From: Eledone cirrhosa
Taxonomy: Eukaryota
Direction: 5' to 3'
Assembly: GCA_964016885.1 (NCBI GenBank)
Contig: OZ024743.1
Location: 197,780,001-197,844,000, forward strand
Length of the DNA: 64,000 bases
The first letter of the stretch is position 1. Every line of letters starts with the position of its first letter. The translations under genes and the position numbers were made by a program. Below, piece by piece: positions 27,204 through 37,981 of this stretch. The notes under the pieces are model-generated. The model saw only the letters and a list, made by a program, of their open reading frames with translations. It made no database searches and was not told where the DNA came from.

Positions 27204-29289
27204 TTAAGTGTTCGATTTGTAATGCGAAAATTTCTCTTTGAGTCTATGGTTACAATAAATTGATCTCTCAATTTTATTGTTGAGTAACCTATTCTTCGAA
27301 CGTAAGATGTGGAACAGCTCAAGTTCGCATAATCGACAGCTTCTCATACCACTCCGATATGGGGGCGCGTTTGATAATTTTTTCCACTTCATGGTTTATT
27401 GATGGTTACTTTCCCTCAGTTGCCAGGTCTTGTTTGCAAGGGTAGTTACATAACGGTGCTGGGAATGTTTCATTGCGTAACGGTGTGTATACCAACGAGC
27501 TTTAAAAGTATTCCCAGTCGCTCCGATGTAATACCATTTCTGGTTGTCTGATTCCACTGTGCATTGGTAAACCAGGTTAGACTGCATACATTCATTTTGT
27601 AATGGACAGGTTTCAGGTAGGTGGCAGTTGCATTTCTTGTTATGGACAACTTTAGCATTATTTGTGGGCTGCGATACCTGAACAAGTGTGTTACGTTTTG
27701 TTTGCCTATTAGCGGGTGGTTGTGTATTAGATATTCTGTTGTGTTCGGTGGTAATTGTATTGTTATTGTTGTAAATTTGTGTTTTGGTGTTGATATGTAT
27801 CTTTTTAGCGTTAAGCATCTTAATGTGTGCTTCTATATTTGGTGCCGTGGAGTAGGATAGTCTAATAGATTTAGTGTTAAGGATTTTGCTGTATCTATGT
27901 AAATCTGGAAAGTTCCTATTTATTATTCTAAAGAAAGTAGAGGGTAGGTTAGTACTAATAGAGGTGTTAAATATGGGGTTATACCAAATATATTTTCTAC
28001 TGCGTAACTTGTTTGATTTCGATGTTGTACTTCTATTTGCCGTATACTTTGCAGTTCTATGCGTAAATGTGTGTATGCGTGTGTTTCTGGAGTTTGTGTT
28101 ATGCGTGTTCGTGTGTGCTTCACAGAGGCTTTCATCTATATATTCTACTCTATCTAAGTGGCCTGCCTTGTCTAATGCGGTATTGTAGTATTCTGCATGT
28201 TCTTCGAAGATTTGCCGGTTAGATGAGAGGCGGGAGATCCTAAGGGATATGCTGCGTGGAATGGATTTAATTATTGATAGTGGGTGGTTTGAGTTACAGT
28301 TGATGTATGCTAAGTTTTCATTAATCTTGTGAAAAGGTCTTATAAGTCCCGTATTTAGGTTAAGCGTCACATCTAGAAAGTTAACTCTTTTAGTGCTATA
28401 CTCGTACGTTATGCTAAGGTCTAGTTTTCCGAGAGTCTTTCTAATATTCTTACGGAGTCTTTCTATGCTCTGGTTATTTAGGTTCTTAACTAGGAGAAGG
28501 GCGTCGTCTCTGTAAATTCCACTATGGGCTATGTAAATACCTACTAAGTCTGTGACTTGAGCCGAGTCGTTAGCCCCCATCGTGATGTCAAAGTTATTTA
28601 ATCTATCCTTACGTTCCCAATAGGCGTTTTCAAATTTAATTATTGTTTTCCTAGCAGCTAATATGATTTTTATCTCGTCGTCTGTTATGTCAGAATTGGC
28701 TTTGGCGAATGCTAAGGCTTTATCCAAGGTGTTGGTGATATAGATGAGTAATAATCCTTAATGTCAAATTGTATGAATTTAGATACTTCTTTGTTAGCTA
28801 TATTGTTAAACCATTTAATTGTTTCGGTAGCGTTACCCCATAGTTTAATCACTAGTTTATTCTTCATTTGTGCTATCACTCTGTCTAATATATGTTTACT
28901 AATTTTCCCGATGTCCGATTAGGACGGGCATATAAGTCTAATAGTGGGGTTATAATCAAAATTTACCTTGTGGTCTTTGAGGTTAAATGTGGGGGTACAT
29001 GGCTTAAGTGGCTCCGTTCTGTCGTCTATTCCTAGGTGTTTGACTATATTGTGTGCTTCGTTGTTGATGTTTATCAGTGCCGCCTCATTTGTTTTTTTGT
29101 ATTTCCTATGTAATTCTTTCCGTATGAAGCTATTGTATGTATTAACATCCATCGTATAAACATTTGATGTTTTGTCCGCTTTGACAATAATTCCGTTGGT
29201 GGTTCGCAGCTTTTTTATGAATGTATTTATGTCATTCTGGAGTTTATTATTCCTCCGCTTGTTGAATTTGATATTCATAATCATCTTCA
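27204..29289 (-). pseudogene. PLE RT-GIY-YIG polyprotein, disrupted
   Basis: VKADKTSN, KDHK..F...PTIRLICP, FDIKDYYSSI, FDITMGANDSAQ, GIYRDD, VNFLDVTL, SNHP, CNC..CPL..C, NLVYQC..YYIG...FKARWYTH, CRLC. TAA stops at 28919-28921 and 27396-27398; frameshift near 28730. Confidence 0.9.
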
Positions 29290-29534
<245 letters not shown>

Positions 29535-30124
29535 TTTCGTTTTCAAATATATAAACTAGAAAGGTGTAGGTGAAAAAGTTATATCAGTCCCATTAGCATG
29601 AAACATGTAAATTAAATTATGATATAATTAACAGTGTTTGGTAATACATATTTAATGTATATATATATATATATGTATGTGTGTTGTGTGTGAGTGTGTG
29701 TGTGTGTGTGAGTGTGTGTGTGCGTGCATGTGTTGTGGAGTGTGCATATGTGTGCGCGTATGTGTGTGTGCGTGTGTGTGTGCGTATTCATGCTTATACG
29801 ATGGGATTCCCATTATCATGTCTACCAAAGTTAACTCAAAAGGTATTGGTTAATCCGATGCTGTGGCAGAAGATACTTGCTCAAGTATTTGGACTCACGT
29901 AGTTCCGAAACCATCTTCATAACCTCCAGTTATGTCTCGCCGTCAAATAATCATTACTTTAATGAAATCTTGTGTAGATATCACTTAGTCTATTTTGTCT
30001 TCTTAATCAAGGAAAAACTATCCATTATATTTTACGGAAAACTCCAGAATATTTGAAGTAATTTAAAACATCAATTATATTTTCATTGATTAAACCACTC
30101 AAAATTATTACAAGCCCTTCTGAG

Positions 30125-30320
30125 CAATAATAATTGTTTCTACGTTTGACACTAGGCCAGCAATTATCCCGGTGCATTTCTGGTACATTATTTTATTGAT
30201 CCTGTACCGATGAAAGGCAAAGTTAATCTCGGCGAGATTTGAATTCAGATCATAAAGGGCCGTAATTCTATGCTGGAAAGCATGGCGTTCTACCCTCTAC
30301 CGATACTGCCAATCCACTAA
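30125..30320 (-). mobile_element. SINE (Meta-like family)
   Basis: Same consensus as 3287-3503. Confidence 0.8.
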
Positions 30321-30659
30321 TAGTAATAAAAAAAACCCCACTGATCTACTTATTCCTCTAATTATATTTGTGAGTGTTAAGTCCGTATAACAACAAATAA
30401 AAGGATTCGAACCCTCGAAATAACGAGGGTGTCTCTAAGTGACCACTCGACCTGCAAGATGCATCCTCTTTCAAATTACATCCACCAGAAAAGAAAATGT
30501 ATAGTTACATACGGCTGGAATGCATCTTATAATAGATGATGTTGATCTAAAAATAACAACACCAATAACAACAACTAATTACTAACATCCTTCATTGGGT
30601 TAAAAACAAAATTTGAAATGTAATAAAAAAAAACAACTTCTTTATTTGAAATGTTAATG

Positions 30660-30950
30660 ACTGCCACTCTGTCGGTTACGACGATGAGTGTTCCAGTTGA
30701 TCAACGGAACAGTCTGCTCGTGAAATTAACACGCGTACCCCTAACATAGTTCTCAGTGAGATTCAGCGTGACACACAATGTGTCAAGGCTGGCCCTTCGA
30801 ATTATAAGTATAATTCTTTTGGCCAGCTGAGTGGACTGGAGCAACGTGAAATAAAGTGTCTTGCTCAATGACACAACGTACCACCGGGAATCGAACCCAC
30901 GACCTTACGATTGTGAACCGAATGCCCTAACCACGAAACTACGCGCCTTT
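30660..30950 (-). mobile_element. Second SINE family (tRNA head, CORE-like segment)
   Basis: Minus strand gggttcgattcccgg...ttgagcaagacactttatttcacgttgctccagtccactcagctgg. Relatives at ~50295-50410 and ~59600-59720. Confidence 0.75.
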
Positions 30951-31059
30951 ATATATTCGCGCTTAGTATTTTTCTTACAGCAGCTTAAGCCTTTTATTTA
31001 GTTCAAAACAACATTTTAATCTATTCTAAATCAATAACGTTCTACTTATGTTTCAAATC

Positions 31060-31260
31060 TTATTCTTCCAGCGCATCTCCCTTACCATCCTCCGGGGAAA
31101 TGCCTGCTCCATTCTGTCCGTCGGGGCTGTAGGGCGGCCAGGACGTGGGACCCATTTGCTCACCATACAGAGAGATGGGGAGGACGAGAGAGATGGGGGC
31201 GATGACGGTGATAGTTCGGTCCTTCCGGGTTCGGATACATTGCACCTGTGGATCATGTGA
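31060..31260 (+). mobile_element. 3' fragment of a CRE-like (restriction-like endonuclease) non-LTR element
   Basis: Translates as FQRISLTILRGNACSIL, matching the CRE C-terminal QRxSxAIxRGNAxS motif. Homologues at 49665-49850 and 60745-60930. Confidence 0.7.
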
Positions 31261-31929
31261 TATTTCCAGACTGAGTTGTAATGTCTGTCGTTTCATTCTC
31301 CCTTCTTTTCGTTGTTCGATACCTATTTTTTTTTTTTTGGGGGGGGGGGTATGACAGTGTAAGACCGTTAGTATCAAATACACTTGCAGACATCTCCTAA
31401 TGCCCTTGTGATTTGCAAGACCATGCAAAAACAGACGAAAGGGATCGAACCATGTATTTATTAAGCTCTGTTTTCTCACAGAGAATTGTATGTCTGTTTC
31501 TTCTACGCAGGGGATCTTTAAACATGAAAAGTATGCCAGAAAAGAAGCCAGGGGAGGTTGAAAAGAAAACTGGCGTAATAACAAAAATAACAACAATAAA
31601 TTCCTACAAAATAAAGGTGTGCCAAATAGATGAATGATTTCGTTGGAAAATCTTCGCACTTGTTAGCCCTGAAATACTGTTAATAAGGTCGGCGCCGCAG
31701 AACAACTGAACGTAAGATTTACTTTTATCAGGTCTCTGCCTTAATCCAAGCCGCCTGTTTATGCCACAAGCGTTGAACGTTGAAACAACACCGAAAATTA
31801 CAGATGTGTAAAATTTGATTATTATAAATATCGCGAAAACATATTTCTCGGACAGTTATGTCCACAAAAACCCCAAAACAATATATATATATATATATAT
31901 ATATTTATGCGCGTGTGTGTGTGTGTGGG

Positions 31930-31964
<35 letters not shown>

Positions 31965-32728
31965 TATATATATAAGTATATATATATAGAGAGAGAGAGA
32001 GGCGGAGAGAGAATATATATATAAACAAAAATTAAAGAAATGATTCGAGAATCTTTCCTTCTCGGCACCCGCCGGAGGCAAACAGACAGACAAAAGCCTG
32101 TTTTAACTCATTGTGTATCCTTTTAACCTCGCTAACTATATTCCTACTACTAAGTATATGATGTGTTTTCTTCTCTTTGAACGGCTTTCTGTTTTAAATT
32201 TAGCATTTGTCATTCTATTTATTATTTGATTATATGTTATTAGTTACCGCTTAATTAGACACATAAACAAATTCTGACAGAAATTTAAAATATGTATAAA
32301 GACATACATATAGAGATTTGATCACGTACCTGTACATATGAACATGTATGCATGTGTGTGTCTGTGTGTGTGTGTGTGTGTATGTGTGTGTGTGTGTGTG
32401 TGCGCTTGTGTATGTGTGTGCTTGAGTGTGTGTGTATGTGTGTATAACACATACATCTCTTGCTCCCACATTCTATATATATACATATATATATATATTT
32501 ATTTTTATTTTTATTTTTATTTGTTTGACCCGAATTACTTGGTCGTTTTTATGGCTGTGCGGATAATGGTTTAACCATCGTCTCAGTGTGTTTGGCCTTT
32601 TAACGTATGTTGTAGCTCTGGTTCGTTAGAATCTATTGAGCGCTTGCCACACATCTCGGAAGTCGTTTTTCGCTAATTTCCAATAGCGATTCTCGCTAAT
32701 TTATATACGATTCTCGCTAATTTATATT

Positions 32729-32786
<58 letters not shown>

Positions 32787-32902
32787 ACTCTTTTACCTGT
32801 TCCAGCCATCCGGATGAGTTATATGGATTGTTGATTATTATTCAACAGAATCAATTTTATAACAGATTCGAAGCACTCTACAAAATTTACCTGGAGTATT
32901 AT

Positions 32903-32957
32903 TTTATCTGATGAAAGCATACTAAAATTTAGTATCCTTGAAATACGTATAAATAAA
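32903..32957 (+). ncRNA. Hammerhead ribozyme motif, family F (within a (TA)n-bounded insert ~32820-33000)
   Basis: UUUAU CUGAUGA AAG c AUACUAA aau UUAGUAU c CUU GAAA UACGUA U A^ a AUAAA. One extra A before stem I. Confidence 0.65.
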
Positions 32958-32991
32958 CATGGTATTATAAAGATACTTTCCATTTATTGAT

Positions 32992-33055
<64 letters not shown>

Positions 33056-33059
<4 letters not shown>

Positions 33060-33280
33060 ATAATAATAAATTTGAAGACTAAAATCCGAAGAGGGCTCGA
33101 TAAGGATAAATATATATCAAATATATAAGAACCGTAGAGCAAATATTTATTAAAATAACAGATTAAAGTTTAAGCAAAGAATCGATGTTTTCACCCTTAA
33201 CGGGATCTTCTGAAACTAACAAAGTCAATCTGTGAACGCAGATGTGAATATTTCAAAAAACGTTGCAACCGGAGGAAGAT
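33056..33280 (-). mobile_element. Family G pLTR-like fragment with A4-variant hammerhead (33167-33217)
   Basis: Terminus tagtaataataa(t/c)aa(a)tttgaagactaaaat is shared with ~25281-25343 and 63965-64000. Hammerhead segment is shared with 51000-51073. Confidence 0.7.
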
Positions 33281-33344
33281 ATATATATATAGAGAGAGAG
33301 AAGATGAAGTTGGAAATAGCCCGGGAAATATATTTAAGGGTCTG

Positions 33345-33562
33345 TTTTTCTTTTTTGATTTGTGAAAGTGACATTATTGAAAAGATAATATTATAAAAAA
33401 ATGAGTGACAATTCTTTTTAAAATTTTTTTTTAAATATATACATCATAAAATTCATTTTATATACATCATAGAACATTTTTTTAAAAAGAATTGTCCCTC
33501 CCACTTTTTAGTAATATTATCTTTTCAATAATGTCACTTTGACGAATCAAAAGAGAAAATCA
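33345..33562. repeat. AT-rich inverted repeat (fold-back)
   Basis: aaagtgacattattgaaaagataatatta / taatattatcttttcaataatgtcacttt. Confidence 0.85.
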
Positions 33563-33606
33563 TCTATTCTCTATATCCACTGTTTTGTATAGAATCCTTA
33601 CTTCCC

Positions 33607-33663
<57 letters not shown>

Positions 33664-33756
33664 CCAAAGATTAATATGATCATTGATTACTCAATGAATA
33701 TAGTTTTACAATAGATTAAAAGCACTCTACAAGGAAGTTTTCTGGAGTTATTAATA

Positions 33757-33855
33757 TTATTTAGAATATTAATAAATGAAGACATTCGCATAATCAAAAT
33801 ATAATATAACATATATTTTGATTATGTGAATGTCTTCATTTATTAATAATATCTG

Positions 33856-33860
<5 letters not shown>
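33757..33860. repeat. AT-rich inverted repeat (fold-back) ending in (TA)n
   Basis: ttaataaatgaagacattcgcataatcaaaatata / tatattttgattatgtgaatgtcttcatttattaa. Confidence 0.85.
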
Positions 33861-33921
<61 letters not shown>

Positions 33922-33949
33922 GTGGTAACACAACAGTTAGTTCACCATA

Positions 33950-33989
33950 CCGAGAACAATTGTTTCACCTTCGCGGATCTTCAGCTCGG
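33950..33989 (-). ncRNA. Canonical minimal type I hammerhead motif, family H (in (TA)n-flanked insert 33918-34262)
   Basis: CCGAG CUGAAGA U CC GCGAA GG U GAAA CAAUUG U U^ CUCGG: 5-bp stem I, palindromic stem III. Confidence 0.8.
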
Positions 33990-34849
33990 GATGTGTATGG
34001 CTATAGGAACAGGAAGGACAACCGTACGAAAGCGCATGCGCAGAAACTCGGTCACTTCACACAGGCAATACTAGACTGCGTGGGGGGAGGTGTAAGGGAG
34101 ATAACTGCGAAAGTCCGGAAAGTTTTTAGGTTGAAAATAAACTAAAAAAAAATAAAAAATAAAATTACAAAGAATCAGTCCGGAGCCTTGTAGTTATGCA
34201 ATAGATGTCCCTTGGACTGAGTGCTCTACCACTACGGATATTACCTTCCAATGTTCAACCACTATATATATATATTGTTATACTTTGGGAGGGTCATGTT
34301 GCCAATAAGAAACACATGCACCAGTTGCTTTCACTTCAATTTATTATAATAAATTTATAAATTTAGGAATTTATAAATTTCCGGTTGGTTGGTTGGTTCC
34401 ACAACCAGATGATTGTTTATATATTGTCAAACTTCTTTCGTAACACCTGTTCAGTGACTGGGGATTCTTTTCTTTGTTGTTGTGCCTCTCCTTTGTTCTG
34501 TCCTACGCCATCTTGTTTTTGTGTGTGTTTATATATATATATATTGTTTTTTTTATGTTTATATATATATATATATATATATAAACATACATGCATACAC
34601 GTATAAAATCACATGCGCATGCCCATATATATATATATAATTATATATCACACACACAATAAGGATCTTCCTACTGATTATAGAACATACATAACAGTTC
34701 ACCCTTATCAATGCCGCATATGCCACAACATCTCATGCCAGAGCATCATGCAAATACACTATATATATATATATATATGTGTGTGTAGGAGTAAGGGTGT
34801 GTGTATGTGTGTGTGTGTGTGCGCGCGCATGTGTTTGTGTGTGTGTGTG

Positions 34850-35320
<471 letters not shown>

Positions 35321-35325
35321 ATATA

Positions 35326-35360
<35 letters not shown>

Positions 35361-35362
<2 letters not shown>

Positions 35363-35662
35363 TAGAAAGTGAGGTTTTTTACAAAAGGAAAAATAACCGA
35401 GGTGTCCTACACGAGTGAAAGTATAGAGAAAAAAAGATGAAATCGAAAATGCAACTGGAGTCTTATTTAAAATATATATATATATATTTATTTAGTTCCT
35501 TTACTGGTTTCGCAGCTCTTCTGCTGATGTGAGAAAAACCACATACCCTCCATCTCAACTCTAATTTTGAAAAGCAGAAGAGCTGCGAAACCGGTAAAGG
35601 AACCAAATAAATATATATATATATTTTTTTAAATAATATTCCAGTTGCATTTTCGATTTCAT

Positions 35663-35666
<4 letters not shown>
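35361..35666. mobile_element. Family J asymmetric fold-back with U3:A8 hammerhead motif (35565-35600, +)
   Basis: Arms ~35433-35525 / 35573-35666 plus a tail at 35361-35432. Homologous to 37250-37465. Confidence 0.8.
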
Positions 35667-35694
<28 letters not shown>

Positions 35695-35698
<4 letters not shown>

Positions 35699-36236
35699 AG
35701 TAAGTTAATTTTTTTAATTTTCTTATTTTACGTCTTTCATACCACAACGTTACTAAGACAAAACCTATATATTTGCTAGCATAGGTATGCATCTGTATAT
35801 ATATGTTGGTAGATATACTAATTCTTTATAATTATCTCCAAATTATTTTGTTGAGCAAAAATTTGCCAAAACTGCTACTATAGTTCATATTAATGGCTCG
35901 GCTACTGTCTTTTTAACACCCCACTCCTCACTGATTAACCTCGATATCACGTGATTAATTCTTTTCAATTTGCCACCGACCAAGTAGGCAGTGATATTTT
36001 CAATGTCTTGGAATTTAGTCCACGCTTGCTTTTTTCCATCCACTGAATTATTTTTGTATAAGTTCCCTGTGTCCACGCATCGCCTGGTAACTTAGCTGAG
36101 AACAAACGTCCTGATGACGAAACGGCTCCTCCATGCTTTCCATTTGGAAACCATGTTTATTCCCTTTCAGAAACTCATTAGTTGGAGTGAAATTTTAGTA
36201 AGTAAGTTAATTTTTATAATTTTCTTATTTTACATC

Positions 36237-36242
<6 letters not shown>
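35695..36242 (+). mobile_element. (TA)n-flanked ~502-bp unit with ~46-bp terminal direct repeat
   Basis: agtaagtaagttaattttt(t/a)taattttcttattttac(g/a)tctttcata at 35695 and 36197. Confidence 0.6.
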
Positions 36243-36277
<35 letters not shown>

Positions 36278-36289
36278 CTCTTCAGTCTT

Positions 36290-36860
36290 GTAAGAATATA
36301 GAGCCTCAATTCCCTCAGTTTTCCACCCGTGTGTCACTTATCAGTCCAATTCGTGTACGAAAGAACCACATATCAAGTTTAGGCACTGGATATGTGGTGG
36401 AGGGTAGGGCCGCAGGAATTTGTTTACTCTGTCCCCTTTCTTCGCATCAAGGGCATCTCTGTTCACTAACTCAAAGTATGATGCGTCCGTTTTTACCCTC
36501 TTTCTCCAAAGCTCCCTCTCCAGTGCATAGGATTCCTAGATGTTCTGGTCCAAGTCGCAGCTTTTGAGAGTTCACTGAAGTTGGTCTTTGCAGCGCCTCT
36601 TTGGTGCACCAAGGTAGTATTTTCCATCGGCCAGGAAACTCTGGATCATCATGAACTTCAAGTGCCAGGATAAAGTAAGCAACACCACGACACTCAACAG
36701 AGTCATTTTCTATGCACCAACACACTTCTCCTTGTTCTCCTTTTCCAATCGTTTCTATATTTCATCTGCCTGTCACCCACCTTGTGAATTGTTTCTCTGT
36801 TGACCACTAGTCGCTGGTGTCTGTCCTCTGAGGCATTGTGGCATATCGCAGTCCTTGACG
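36290..36860 (-). mobile_element. 3' fragment of an RTE (BovB-like) LINE
   Basis: Minus frame GAPKRRCKDQLQ*TLKSCDLDQNI*ESYALERELWRKRVK and ...FRTRIGLIS, typical of the RTE C-terminus. Confidence 0.75.
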
Positions 36861-37156
36861 ATGATATATATATATGCATATATATGATGGACTCTCCCGT
36901 CGATATCCGGCGTATGAGTGTCCAACAAAAGTTAAATGTGAGAAAGTGAACTGATATTGAACTACCCACACAAAGTTTTGTTTTAAGTACTGAAGGCTTG
37001 TGTTGGACCAACCACACTTTTTTGAACTGACGACACATATCTTCGGTGCAAATGTTTGTCACGGAAAATAAAACGACAGCCCTAAAAAAAAAGAAAAAAA
37101 AAGACTATTTGGATGGCTGTTGACTCTGCTGAGTCACTAGCACTCGAGAGCGACCT

Positions 37157-37240
<84 letters not shown>

Positions 37241-37249
37241 CATATATAT

Positions 37250-37920
37250 ATTAGAAAGTGAGGTTTTTTTTTTACAAAATGAAAAATAACCGAGGTGTCC
37301 TACACGAGTGAAAGTATAAAGAAAAAGAGATGAAATCGAAAATGCAACTGGAGTCTTATTTTTTTTTTAAATATATATATTTATTTGGTTCCTTTACCGG
37401 TTTCGCAGTTCTTCTGCTTTTCAAAAGGTGTGTTGAGATGGAGGGTTTGTGGTTTTTCTCACATCTGGTTGGTCTCTGAATGTTACTTGTTTTATATGGA
37501 AAAAGTGGCTCGAAATGCCAGGTTTTTCGAGAAGTAATTTGATTGGTTTGTCAATAATTATAATAAATTTCGCGCCAGTTCGCGTTACAATAGTTCGTCA
37601 AATAAGAGGGGGGGGAGTTGTCACAGGTTGTTTTTTCATATATGAGTGTTTGAATTTCTTTTTACTTGAAAAAAGGAGGCTCACGAAGGCTTTTTTTTGG
37701 TTTGTTATAAATGAAATTTGGCTGTCACGTGAACAAGTTTTCATTACATTTTTGCGCCCTTATTTGGAAAACTATTCTGTAGTCTTTATAGTGAATGTTA
37801 TGACAATGGAAAGATAGTGGTCAAGAGAAAAGGGATTGGGAGAATTGTTCTGGTTCAGTGAATATGGTTAGTTCGCTGGGGTGTCAGAGTTCAGATTTTC
37901 TATTGAAGTGAAGATATGTA
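37250..37920 (-). mobile_element. Family J longer copy (pLTR plus degenerate upstream body)
   Basis: Same tail terminus attagaaagtgaggtttt at (TA)n as at 35361. The upstream limit is approximate. Confidence 0.65.
37391..37428 (-). ncRNA. Minimal hammerhead motif with U3:A8 core variant
   Basis: CCUU UUGAAAA GCAG AAGAA CUGC GAAA CCGG U A^ AAGG. Confidence 0.7.
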
Positions 37921-37950
37921 TGTTTATTTGTGTGCTTGTGTGTGTGTATG

Positions 37951-37981
<31 letters not shown>

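Larger units (their letters stand above)
26157..29290 (-). mobile_element. Penelope-like retroelement, C-terminal GIY-YIG type (Hydra-clade-like), 5'-truncated
   Basis: RT and GIY-YIG coding remnant plus a ~1-kb 3' region containing a hammerhead motif. (TA)n at both ends. Confidence 0.9.

Noticed and set aside
27396-28921. Selenocysteine read-through in the PLE ORF, as reported for some Naiad elements
   Set aside because: Both in-frame stops are TAA, not TGA, and the endonuclease is C-terminal.
36111-36125. CTGATGAcGAAAcgg as a stand-alone hammerhead
   Set aside because: No stem II is possible; kept only as weak context for the 502-bp unit.
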